Assembly: GCA_963713955.1 (NCBI GenBank)
Contig: OY970216.1
Coordinates: 8,075 to 72,074, forward strand
Length of the DNA: 64,000 nt
Source: an uncultured bacterium
Lineage (GTDB): Bacteria > Patescibacteriota > Minisyncoccia > UBA6257 > GWB1-50-10
Reading direction: 5' to 3'
Both the position numbers and the translations under genes were made by a program. Positions 38,779-46,895 of this stretch are shown here, in pieces. The stretch's first letter is position 1. Each line of letters starts with the position of its first letter. The notes under the pieces were generated by a model. That model did not search any database and had not been told where the DNA came from. It worked only from the letters and a program-made list of their open reading frames with translations.

Positions 38779-39310
38779 GTTCGAGAACCGCCTTTTTGAG
38801 CTGCCGCAGGGCCCGGTGCTGAATCACCCGTACCGCACCCTCGCTCTTCCCGAGAGCGGCGCTTATTTCTTTGTTGGATAAATCTTCCACAAATTTCATA
38901 ATGAGGACATCTTGATAAGTTTGCTCCAACAAACCGATGCATTCCTTGACGACCTTGAGGTCGGAATCCGAATCCATTTTCTCTCCCAGAGCGGACTCGA
39001 CGGAAAAAACGTTTTCCGGGACCGTCTCAATATCGTAAGTTTGCTTCCGGGTTCTCCAATAATCTATGACCGAATTCCTCGCCGCCCGATAAAGGTAACT
39101 GGAAAAAGGTATTCCTCTCACGTCGAATGTTTCGATGTTTTTCCAAGCACTCAAAAACACTTCGTGAGTTAAATCCTCAGCTTCACCTCTCCTGCCGCCC
39201 AGTTTCAAAAAAACATACCGATATATTTTCGGCGCATACCGGCCATATATTTCCCCGAAAGCAGAAGTATCCCCTTTTTTTGCCTTCTTAAGGAGCTTAT
39301 CGTCCTCCAT
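38741..39310 (-). CDS. ECF RNA polymerase sigma factor
   Basis: AEDLTHEVF, SYLYRAARNSVIDYWR and region 4 LSNKEISAALGKSEGAVRVIQHRAL. Confidence 0.93.
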   Translation of the reverse strand: MEDDKLLKKAKKGDTSAFGEIYGRYAPKIYRYVFLKLGGRRGEAEDLTHEVFLSAWKNIETFDVRGIPFSSYLYRAARNSVIDYWRTRKQTYDIETVPENVFSVESALGEKMDSDSDLKVVKECIGLLEQTYQDVLIMKFVEDLSNKEISAALGKSEGAVRVIQHRALRQLKKAVLEHESRFKETTKEV

Positions 39311-39458
39311 AGCTTAAAACGATGATTCCCATTTTTTGTTTCTCTTTTCCCTTCTCCAGGGTGTAACGCCCCGTAACAAACATCAAAAATATGGTAACAA
39401 AAACCACCATATTAGTAAACGAACCCACTAATCTCACATTACAAAGAGAGTTGGTAGA

Positions 39459-39475
39459 TGAGCGGGTAAGGGGAG
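39459..39475 (+). repeat. 17-bp direct repeat of the tRNA-Gly 3' end (other copy 54300-54316)
   Basis: TGAGCGGGTAAGGGGAG is identical at both positions. Confidence 0.9.
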
Positions 39476-39597
39476 ATCAAACGTCGCTCCAATGTTACGT
39501 CATCGGAGCTCCCACGAACCCAGCGGTTCGTGTGCTCCGCGACGGGAAAACTCCCGTTTTCCCGACCCCTTTCCCGTTCGACTCCCCGAGGTGAATA

Positions 39598-39892
39598 TTG
39601 AGTATTTATACGGAGCAGTTAAGACCTATTTTACCCAAAATTTCTGATTTTGGATACCCCCGAGCCTAGTCAATCACCCCGTCAATCACGATTGACTACC
39701 CTCACCCCTCTTTCGTCCAGATTCCACCGGGCTTTCCTCGAAAACCTTGTCCCCGACAATACTCGCCTCCGCCCCTTACCGGTGCGTCGGCTCGTCTCCC
39801 GCAGAGGCCGCCCCCATGGGAAGGGTCGAAGGGAAGGAATGGGGGGCGGCCTCTGCTTCACGTCGCGCGTCAGAGATGCTCCCGAGGCCGGA
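39598..39892. repeat. 295-bp inverted repeat, copy A (copy B 51503-51797)
   Basis: Reverse-complement identity read by eye and supported by the identical spurious ORF translations 39650+ and 51745-. Confidence 0.93.
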
Positions 39893-39959
39893 TTGGAAAA
39901 GGGAAGCAAAAAGGAGGAGCGGCTTATAAGGCAGTGCGTTTTTCGGTATCATTAAGGGA

Positions 39960-40793
39960 ATGCCCCGATACCGCAAGAGATTCGAGAGGAGCAAGGAGCC
40001 GCCCAAGAATTTTCGCATCCAGACGCGCGACTACGGCCTCCTCGCTGACATAGCTGGCTATGGGGTGCTCTCGACCGAGCAGATTTTCGCGCTTCACAAG
40101 GGAGGAGAAAGGAATCTTCGGCGGAGATTGGCCGCGCTCTATCACTTGGGATACATCGAGAGACCGAAAGCGCAAAAACTGCTTCCTCCCGGGAGCTTCA
40201 TCATCTATTCCCTCGGCAGAAAAGGAGCGGAGCTCCTTCACCGCGAGGAGTCCGTCGGGAAAAGACACCGCGAGGTTTCCTTCCCTCATCTTTCCCACGC
40301 TTTGATGATCTCGAGGTTCCGGTCCATCCTCTCCCTCGCCTTGAAGGGCGGAGACAAGAAGATCGAGAAATGGATGCAGGGCAGGGAGTTGTACGATACG
40401 CTCTCCAAGCGGGAGAAGACCGACCTCGTTCCGGATGCTTTCTTCACGGTCGAGAGCAAAGAATACAAGTGGCCCTTCTTCCTCGAAGCGGACATGGGTA
40501 CGATGACGCGGACGAAGATGCTCGAAAAATACCGGACGTACTGGCGGTGGTGGCGGGAGAGGCGGCACGAGCATACGCTCGGCATACAGAGATTCCGCGT
40601 CCTCACGATCGCTCCCTCGGAGACGAGAACGGAGAATCTCGTGAAAGCCGCGAAGGAGGCCGACGACCGGAGAACCGGCAGCGACATGTTTCTCTTTTTA
40701 TCGGAGACTGCATACTCCTTGAAGGAGCCGGAAGAAATACTGAAGTCCGTCTGGCTTTCCGCGAAGGGCGGAAGGCACGGAATACTCGAATAA
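39960..40793 (+). CDS. Replication-relaxation (Replic_Relax) family protein
   Basis: wHTH N-terminus (LSTEQI..RRRLAALY..GYI..YSLG), HALMI, LVPDAFF, FFLEADMGT and K..TY. Confidence 0.85.
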   Translation: MPRYRKRFERSKEPPKNFRIQTRDYGLLADIAGYGVLSTEQIFALHKGGERNLRRRLAALYHLGYIERPKAQKLLPPGSFIIYSLGRKGAELLHREESVGKRHREVSFPHLSHALMISRFRSILSLALKGGDKKIEKWMQGRELYDTLSKREKTDLVPDAFFTVESKEYKWPFFLEADMGTMTRTKMLEKYRTYWRWWRERRHEHTLGIQRFRVLTIAPSETRTENLVKAAKEADDRRTGSDMFLFLSETAYSLKEPEEILKSVWLSAKGGRHGILE

Positions 40794-40817
40794 CCCGCTC
40801 CATCGGACGGGTGGCTT

Positions 40818-41010
40818 CGCAACGCATACTCGTCAAAAGACCTGCGGCTTTTGGCTCGAGACTGCGTTCGCCGCCCTTCCGCTCTCGCTCGTCTGCCTTC
40901 GTTCAATGCACTTTCTCTTAATCGCGCTTGGATTCCTCGCTTCCGTGAGCCGCAATCTCCGCAACGCATACTCGCTGAAAACCTCTGGTTTCCAGTTCGA
41001 GACTGCGTTC
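40818..41010. repeat. Two direct copies of a ~52-bp hairpin
   Basis: CGCAACGCATACTCG...TCGAGACTGCGTTC at 40818-40869 and 40960-41010. Confidence 0.8.
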
Positions 41011-41258
41011 AATTGCGTCTCCCGTCGCTTAAAGGAAAAACGCGGGAGGCTTTAGGCTCAACGCTAAGCCCCGCGCATTTTTCCTTTCGCGGGGAGCGCG
41101 ACGGAGCGCGCCCCCCGTGCGATTCTGCCCTTGCCCCACCACGCCCGTGCGCGGGCAAGAACGCTCCCCGAAACTAGCAAAGGTTGACATTCTTTGATGG
41201 GATTTTGTAACATCCTCCCGACATCGTCCTTTCGGGCGGTGTACGGTGAGGGGGACTC

Positions 41259-41516
41259 TCACGAGTCCCCCTTGGTCTTTTCCGAAGTTACATCATTATC
41301 TGAAACCATTATCAACCTTATAACCCAATCTGAAAGCCAGACGGCTCCGGCTTGCTTCCCAGACTCTAGAAGAAACTGGTTCTGGGACGCGACAAGCGTT
41401 TCTTGAGTAGCGTTGGCGGATGACGGAGGCGCCGCATCGGTGGGAGACGACGCAAGTGCGATCTGTATGATCCAGAGAAGCAGAAAACCGATTACAACTC
41501 TCAAAAATTTCCCCAT
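41259..41516 (-). CDS. Small protein with an N-terminal hydrophobic or signal segment
   Basis: 85-aa ORF beginning MGKFLRVVIGFLLLWIIQIALA. Confidence 0.5.
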   Translation of the reverse strand: MGKFLRVVIGFLLLWIIQIALASSPTDAAPPSSANATQETLVASQNQFLLESGKQAGAVWLSDWVIRLIMVSDNDVTSEKTKGDS

Positions 41517-41836
41517 GACTTTGAAGAAAAATTGGGTTGCTCGACCTTTATATTGGTTTATTAAAGAACTCCCCAGAGATTAAAAATCCCCCTGTCGCTC
41601 TTCGGTGGTACTTCAACCTGCGACAGGGGGTGTTTTGGTGCTAATTTTTTCGCTCTGCGCCAGAAATTTCTATCGAATAAACACCCTTAAGTTATGGTAA
41701 TGATAACAAACCGGTGGTGAAAGTCAACTTCGCTCTCCTAAAAACTTTGAATGTAGTAAAATAACTCCATATCCCTCGTGCCTCTTTCTCGGCACGACAC
41801 AAGGTCGAGAGTTCTATAAAAACAGCATAAAAATAC

Positions 41837-42541
41837 ATGTGGACGTTCATCTTAATCGTCATCGTAGCCGTCGTCGCGTGGAATGTGTACAAGAAAAAGC
41901 AAGAAGAACAGCAGGAAAGCGGAGCCTACGAGACCGCCGACGTCCCTCCGGAGCGGAAACACTTGAAACGGATGTCTCTCTCGGAGAAGTGGCGCACGGT
42001 GAGTAGCTGGACGACCCTCGTTCCCGGAGCAGAGGGAAAGGGAGATGCGATCTTCAAAGCCGCGAAGGAAAGTATCGGGAAAGCCGCGGCGCCGAACCTC
42101 GTAGTCGAGGAGCGGCGGGTTAGCGTAAACGACCTCGCGAAGAGGTACGGCGAGCGGCGGCTGCTCGTGGTCGAGAACCGGAAAATCCTCGGCTACTACG
42201 CCTTCGTCTCCGTCATGGATTACGGCCATCAGCTTTCCGTCTCGTGGTATCTTATGTTTCAGGAAAACTGGTTCACGAAGTTCATGAAGACCGCGGTCAA
42301 GGGCGGCGTGATCGCCTTCCTCGCCAACTGGTTCGTCGTAATCATGGCGAGAATCTTCTACGCCGCGAGGCGGTGCACCATCCCCGAACTCATGAACATC
42401 TTCGACGCGGAGGAATTGACCGCCTACACGACGACCGTCCACCACGCCGTAACGGGGGCGGTCGAGGAGCTGATGGGCGGCATGAACATGGACTTCTCGA
42501 GGGTGGACACGAGGTCGCGGGGATTTTTAAATATCTCTTAG
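41837..42541 (+). CDS. Membrane protein, hypothetical (coupled to the VirD4-like gene)
   Basis: N-terminal TM and an internal hydrophobic segment; stop is 1 nt before the next ATG. Confidence 0.8.
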   Translation: MWTFILIVIVAVVAWNVYKKKQEEQQESGAYETADVPPERKHLKRMSLSEKWRTVSSWTTLVPGAEGKGDAIFKAAKESIGKAAAPNLVVEERRVSVNDLAKRYGERRLLVVENRKILGYYAFVSVMDYGHQLSVSWYLMFQENWFTKFMKTAVKGGVIAFLANWFVVIMARIFYAARRCTIPELMNIFDAEELTAYTTTVHHAVTGAVEELMGGMNMDFSRVDTRSRGFLNIS

Positions 42542-42542
42542 C

Positions 42543-43925
42543 ATGGCGGAACCGCGCATCTTCCGCCGCGAACCCAAGAGCGACGAACTCGCGCTGGGTT
42601 ACGCGTGGGGCGAGGACCAAAAAGGCGACCTCTGGCAATTGAAGGGCGTCGCGCAGGAAGACCGCGCCACCCATTTTTACGTGATCGGCGCATCCGGCAC
42701 TGGCAAGACGAAGTTCTTGGAATACATGATCGGGCAGGACATAGCGAACGGGGCGGGATTCGGTGTGATTGATCCCCATGGGGACTTGATCGAAGCCGTG
42801 AAAGAGCGGCTCGCGCTTTCCGGAGACGATCTCGAAAGCCGCGTCGTCCTTATCGACCCCACAGACAAGAAGAAGGTCGTCTCCTTCAATCCCCTCGAAC
42901 GGCTGGACGGTGTCTCCCCGGCGGAGCAGTCCGCCGAGCTCACGCTCGCGTTTAAAAAGATTTGGGCGGACGCGTGGGGCGCACGGATGGAGGACATTCT
43001 CCGCAATTCTTTCATCGCCTTGATTGAGAACGACCTCACCCTCGCGGAACTGCCCCTCCTGTTCGCCGATGCCGGACTCCGCGCGAAGCTCACGGCGAAC
43101 CTGAAAAACGAGACCGCGAGGGATTTCTTCCACAAGTTCGATTCGTGGAGCAAGACCTTGAAGAACGAGTGGACGGAATCCACCTTGAACAAGGTGAACG
43201 CCTTTTTGTCCGACGAGCGGGTGCGGGACATGTTTGTCTCGCCCAAAAGTTCCTTCAATCTGCGGGACGCGATTGATGCGGGAAAGATATTGTTGGTGAA
43301 ACTGGATAAGGGAAGATTGAAGGGCGCAAGCGACCTTCTGGGTTCGCTCATCTTGACGAAGCTCCAGATGGCCGCCTTCTCCCGGACGGACGTGAGAGAA
43401 TCCGAGCGCAAGCCCTTTTACTTGTACATCGACGAGTTCCAGAACTTCGCGACCGAGAGCTTCACGGACGTCCTCACGGAGGCGAGGAAATACAAGCTGT
43501 CACTTACGCTCGTGAACCAGAACTTGGGGCAGCTTCCCTCCGAACTCCGGGCTTCCATCCTCACGAACTGCGGGATACAGGCGTGTTTCCGCCTTTCCCG
43601 CTTCGATGCGGAGCTTCTCGCCAAAGAAGCGTTCGGCGGGGTGGCCGACGCGACCCCGCAATGGGAAAAAAAATTCCAGTTGCTCCAAGCCCTCCCTAGG
43701 CAGGTGTGCCTCGTGAAGAACAAGGCGGCGGGCGGGATTGTTCTTATCCGCGTGCCGGACATAGGAGACGGGATGGACGAGCGGGAGCTTGAGGCCGCCT
43801 TGCGGGAAGCAGGGATCGGAGAGAAATACCTCCGCAAACGGGACGAGATTAACAAGGAGTATCACAGAAGGCACGAGGCCTTAACGAAAACCGACGAGCC
43901 GGACGGGTTCAAGGAGAAAAGATAG
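42543..43925 (+). CDS. VirD4/TraD-like (type IV coupling, HerA/FtsK-clade) ATPase, copy 1
   Basis: HFYVIGASGTGKT, VIDPHGDL, LYIDEFQNF, EARKYKL and NQ. Confidence 0.88.
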   Translation: MAEPRIFRREPKSDELALGYAWGEDQKGDLWQLKGVAQEDRATHFYVIGASGTGKTKFLEYMIGQDIANGAGFGVIDPHGDLIEAVKERLALSGDDLESRVVLIDPTDKKKVVSFNPLERLDGVSPAEQSAELTLAFKKIWADAWGARMEDILRNSFIALIENDLTLAELPLLFADAGLRAKLTANLKNETARDFFHKFDSWSKTLKNEWTESTLNKVNAFLSDERVRDMFVSPKSSFNLRDAIDAGKILLVKLDKGRLKGASDLLGSLILTKLQMAAFSRTDVRESERKPFYLYIDEFQNFATESFTDVLTEARKYKLSLTLVNQNLGQLPSELRASILTNCGIQACFRLSRFDAELLAKEAFGGVADATPQWEKKFQLLQALPRQVCLVKNKAAGGIVLIRVPDIGDGMDERELEAALREAGIGEKYLRKRDEINKEYHRRHEALTKTDEPDGFKEKR

Positions 43926-43941
43926 TATTTTTCTACACTGT

Positions 43942-43970
43942 TTGACATTATTGCTATATTATGGTATCAT
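43942..43970 (+). promoter_or_regulatory. Sigma70-type promoter of the DGR target gene
   Basis: TTGACA-17 bp-TATCAT with an extended -10 TG; SD AGGAGG at 44030-44035. Confidence 0.75.
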
Positions 43971-44037
43971 ATCAACATTCCTGAAACTTAGGAACGCATC
44001 TAAAAAACTTCATATTCACTAACCAAGAAAGGAGGCA

Positions 44038-44919
44038 ATGACGATGAATACTACATCGATCATGCCAATGACAGAAGGTCAAGAAAAGCAACTGAGTCGC
44101 GTCGTAATGGAGGACGAACTCTTTACACCGAAACCCACAAACGACGAAGCTCAGTGTCTTCTAAAGCACGGCAATATACTGCAAACGGCAGTCCGAATTT
44201 CCCGCAAGGAGATATTCGTCAAGTATCTCTACGCAGATGAGGAAAAATCGTCCGACTACACCTATCCCAAGGAATACAAGCGAAAATCAATCCGAGAGCA
44301 AATCGATATTCTTCTGGAGTGCTTCCCCGGATTGAACGCAACATGGGCTTTAATGAAGGGAGAAGCTTGGTACGACAGCCTGAAGAACTTGCCGGATTGG
44401 ATTGAAGGCCCGCTCGTCTATGTATGGTGGGAAATGTTCGGCAACTACAACGCCGCAACGGAACAGGTGCTCTCCGCTCTGGGGAAGAAGTACCAAAACT
44501 TCGTGAACTACCGGAACGGCCAGCTTGGACCAGAATACCTGCAACAGTCGAAAAAGACGACCGGTCTCGAAGCAAAGATTAAGAAGGACCAGCCTGGCGA
44601 TCTCATCATCGTCCCGAGTCAAGCCGGATTGCGCTGGAGGGGAAAATCTGTCCGTCGCGGCAGAGTCCTCTATGATCAGAACGAATTCGGTTCGGGAAGC
44701 GTCGCCGAAGGATGCCGAGTGCTGACCCATAATCGGTTCGTCCAATGGGAGCAACTGCACGTTGATTGCGGAGGAGACGAATACGCTCCTGAGGCCGATC
44801 GGGTTTTCTCGCACGCTCCGCACCTCTACTTCCTCGATAGCGAGATCGGGTTCGTCACGTACTGGATTGACTATGCCCATGGGCACTTCGGTTCGGCTTC
44901 CTCCCTTCTCCCGCAGTAA
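44038..44919 (+). CDS. DGR target protein with a C-terminal variable region (start probably 44044)
   Basis: The last 44 codons match the TR with only adenine-specific differences. Confidence 0.92.
   Translation: MTMNTTSIMPMTEGQEKQLSRVVMEDELFTPKPTNDEAQCLLKHGNILQTAVRISRKEIFVKYLYADEEKSSDYTYPKEYKRKSIREQIDILLECFPGLNATWALMKGEAWYDSLKNLPDWIEGPLVYVWWEMFGNYNAATEQVLSALGKKYQNFVNYRNGQLGPEYLQQSKKTTGLEAKIKKDQPGDLIIVPSQAGLRWRGKSVRRGRVLYDQNEFGSGSVAEGCRVLTHNRFVQWEQLHVDCGGDEYAPEADRVFSHAPHLYFLDSEIGFVTYWIDYAHGHFGSASSLLPQ
44785..44916 (+). repeat. DGR variable repeat (VR)
   Basis: 132-bp ungapped match to 45298-45429; 18 mismatches, all opposite TR adenines. Confidence 0.96.
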
Positions 44920-44992
44920 TCGAACATTGCACCTCGGACACTTGAACCTTTTGATGTCTTGTCCTTCGTTCCTTTCGTCCGCGTTATTTTTG

Positions 44993-45024
44993 AGAGGTTA
45001 TCCACACCATTGTGGGTAACCTCT
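44993..45024. other. Hairpin/cruciform downstream of VR (DGR homing hairpin and/or terminator)
   Basis: AGAGGTTATCCACA-CCAT-TGTGGGTAACCTCT: 14-bp stem with one T-G pair, 4-nt loop, then a T-rich tract. Confidence 0.7.
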
Positions 45025-45297
45025 TTATTTTTTATAATCATGAATGAGACTAGGTTCATGAATGGCCGTCCACGGATTGCCGTCACCGAACTCCCTCTTC
45101 AATGAAGAGAAAAACAACCGGAATCTTAGCGACCACGGTTTCTAAGAGCGCGTTGTATTGAGGAGATTACTGCTTGTCCCCGTCTAGCGCAGGTTCCCGT
45201 TCGGGATGCTGCCGAATAAAATTCAGGATTGAGAGGATATAAGCTCCCCTTGAGCGGTAAACCTCGATTTCCAGTGATACGGACGGATGGGGGCAAT

Positions 45298-45429
45298 GAT
45301 CCTGAGGCCGATCAAGTTTTCTCGCACGCTCCGAACCTCAACTTCAACGATAGCAAGATCAAGTTCAACACGAACTGGATTGACAATGCCAATGAGAACT
45401 TCGGTTCGGCTTCCTCCCTTCTCCCGAAG
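45298..45429 (+). ncRNA. DGR template repeat (TR)
   Basis: Adenine-rich copy of VR with 8 AAY codons and 35 adenines by manual count; lies between the target gene and avd/RT. Confidence 0.95.
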
Positions 45430-45446
45430 TCGCTCCTCAAGGAGGC

Positions 45447-45477
45447 AGAATGCCCGCGATTTATACGCGGGCATTCT
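45447..45477. other. Perfect 12-bp hairpin just 3' of TR and just after the avd stop
   Basis: AGAATGCCCGCG-ATTTATA-CGCGGGCATTCT. Confidence 0.8.
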
Positions 45478-45479
45478 CC

Positions 45480-45830
45480 TTAATTTTCTTTAGCCGATCT
45501 TATCCATCCGCCTAACATCCGGCCGATTTCATCCACGGAAGATTCGAGCGCCACATACTTTTTATTGTCTATGGTTTTCACTTCCTTCATGAGACGAAGA
45601 AAAACGCGCAGGAGATTAAGCTTGACGCTCGTCTTGTCTAAAACCGGCACTTTCTCCGATTTATAGAGTTTGCTGGCCGTAAGTATCCCCTCAAGAATTT
45701 CGAGTGTTAGTTCTTCCGATCTCTGCCAGATGGCGTACCGGTCTTGCTTGGGAACAATTGTGCGATAACCATAAAATGTTTTGTATAAGTCATAAGTTTT
45801 CTTGAATATGGGTATGTCAAAATCATCCAT
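45480..45830 (-). CDS. avd: DGR accessory variability determinant (Avd-like four-helix bundle)
   Basis: 116 aa; PIFKKTYDLY, PKQDRY, LRVFLRL and EIGRMLGGW; lies between TR and RT. Confidence 0.88.
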   Translation of the reverse strand: MDDFDIPIFKKTYDLYKTFYGYRTIVPKQDRYAIWQRSEELTLEILEGILTASKLYKSEKVPVLDKTSVKLNLLRVFLRLMKEVKTIDNKKYVALESSVDEIGRMLGGWIRSAKEN

Positions 45831-45844
45831 AAGTTTTACGCCAC

Positions 45845-46870
45845 ATGAAAACCTGCAAAAACATTTTTGAAAAGATAATCTCGCCAGAAAATCTTTTTTT
45901 GGCTTGGGACGCGTTCAAAGGCGACAAGCGGAATAAACCTGACGTTCTCCGGTTTGAATGGAATCTGGAACAGAACATTTTCCGGTTGCACGGAGATTTG
46001 AAAGATAGAACCTACCAGCATGGCCCCTATGCGAGCTTTTACATCAACGATCCGAAGCAGCGCCACATTCATAAGGCGACGGTTCGAGACAGGATTCTGC
46101 ATCACGCGGTTTTCTCGGTTATAAATCCAGTCTTCGAGCCGACCTTCATTCCGACTTCTTTTTCTTGTCGCATCGGATACGGCACTCATAAGGGTGTCGA
46201 GACTCTGGAAGAGATGATAAGAAGGGTAAGTAGGAATAATACGGCTCCCTGTTTTGTCTTGAAATGCGATGTTCAGAAATTTTTTGCGAGCGTAAGCCAC
46301 GAAATTCTGCTCTCCATTCTGGAAAAGAGAATTAAAGACGATGATGCAATGTGGCTTATGGGAAGCATCGTTAAAAGCTATGAGAGCGTGTCCAGGCGAG
46401 GCATCCCCATAGGGAATTTGACCTCCCAGCTCTTTGCCAACGTCTACATGAACGAACTTGATCAGTTTATGAAGCACGTGTTGAAGGTAAAATATTACAT
46501 TCGCTACACCGACGACTTCGCCGTAGTCGCTGGAGATAAAAAATATTTAGAAGAACTCCTGCCGCTTATATCCAAATTTCTTGAAAATAAACTCGCTCTC
46601 AAATTACATCCTAATAAAACCATATTTTTATCAATATGTCAAGGCGTAGATTTCCTCGGATACGTGATTTTCCCAAAACATAGACTTATCCGGTTACAGA
46701 CAAAGCATCGGATGTTTAAGAAATTGGAAAAACTGATGGAAGAATACAAAGCTGGAAATATCACCAAATTAAACTTCGAGCAGTCTCTCCAGTCTTATCT
46801 GGGTGTCTTATCTCATGCGGATACCCACACGATACGGGAAGAACTGTTGAACAAGTTCTGGATTTCTTAA
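45845..46870 (+). CDS. DGR reverse transcriptase
   Basis: RDRILHHA, SFSCRIGYGTH, KCDVQKFF, GIPIGNLTSQLFAN (DGR-type SQ), YIRYTDDF and GVDFLGY. Confidence 0.96.
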   Translation: MKTCKNIFEKIISPENLFLAWDAFKGDKRNKPDVLRFEWNLEQNIFRLHGDLKDRTYQHGPYASFYINDPKQRHIHKATVRDRILHHAVFSVINPVFEPTFIPTSFSCRIGYGTHKGVETLEEMIRRVSRNNTAPCFVLKCDVQKFFASVSHEILLSILEKRIKDDDAMWLMGSIVKSYESVSRRGIPIGNLTSQLFANVYMNELDQFMKHVLKVKYYIRYTDDFAVVAGDKKYLEELLPLISKFLENKLALKLHPNKTIFLSICQGVDFLGYVIFPKHRLIRLQTKHRMFKKLEKLMEEYKAGNITKLNFEQSLQSYLGVLSHADTHTIREELLNKFWIS

Positions 46871-46895
46871 CCTACGCTCCGCCTTTTTACCGACA

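Noticed and set aside
39650-39955. Apparently duplicated protein (also 51311-51745) and other ORFs within the repeat
   Set aside because: The identity comes from the 295-bp inverted repeat; the translations are Arg/Pro/Gly-rich readings of hairpin DNA with non-ATG starts.
44998-45019. Perfect DnaA box TTATCCACA plus an inverted near-match
   Set aside because: Only two boxes, forming the stem of the post-VR hairpin inside a mobile element, with no dnaA/dnaN or unwinding element nearby; not called as oriC.
45229-45483. 84-aa ORF resembling the target C-terminus
   Set aside because: It is the TR read in the VR frame (Asn-rich AAY codons), a template RNA rather than a second target gene.
45845-46870. 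Group II intron or retron interpretation of the RT
   Set aside because: The RT is short, has the DGR-type SQ motif and lacks maturase/endonuclease domains; the TR/VR pair and avd explain it fully.
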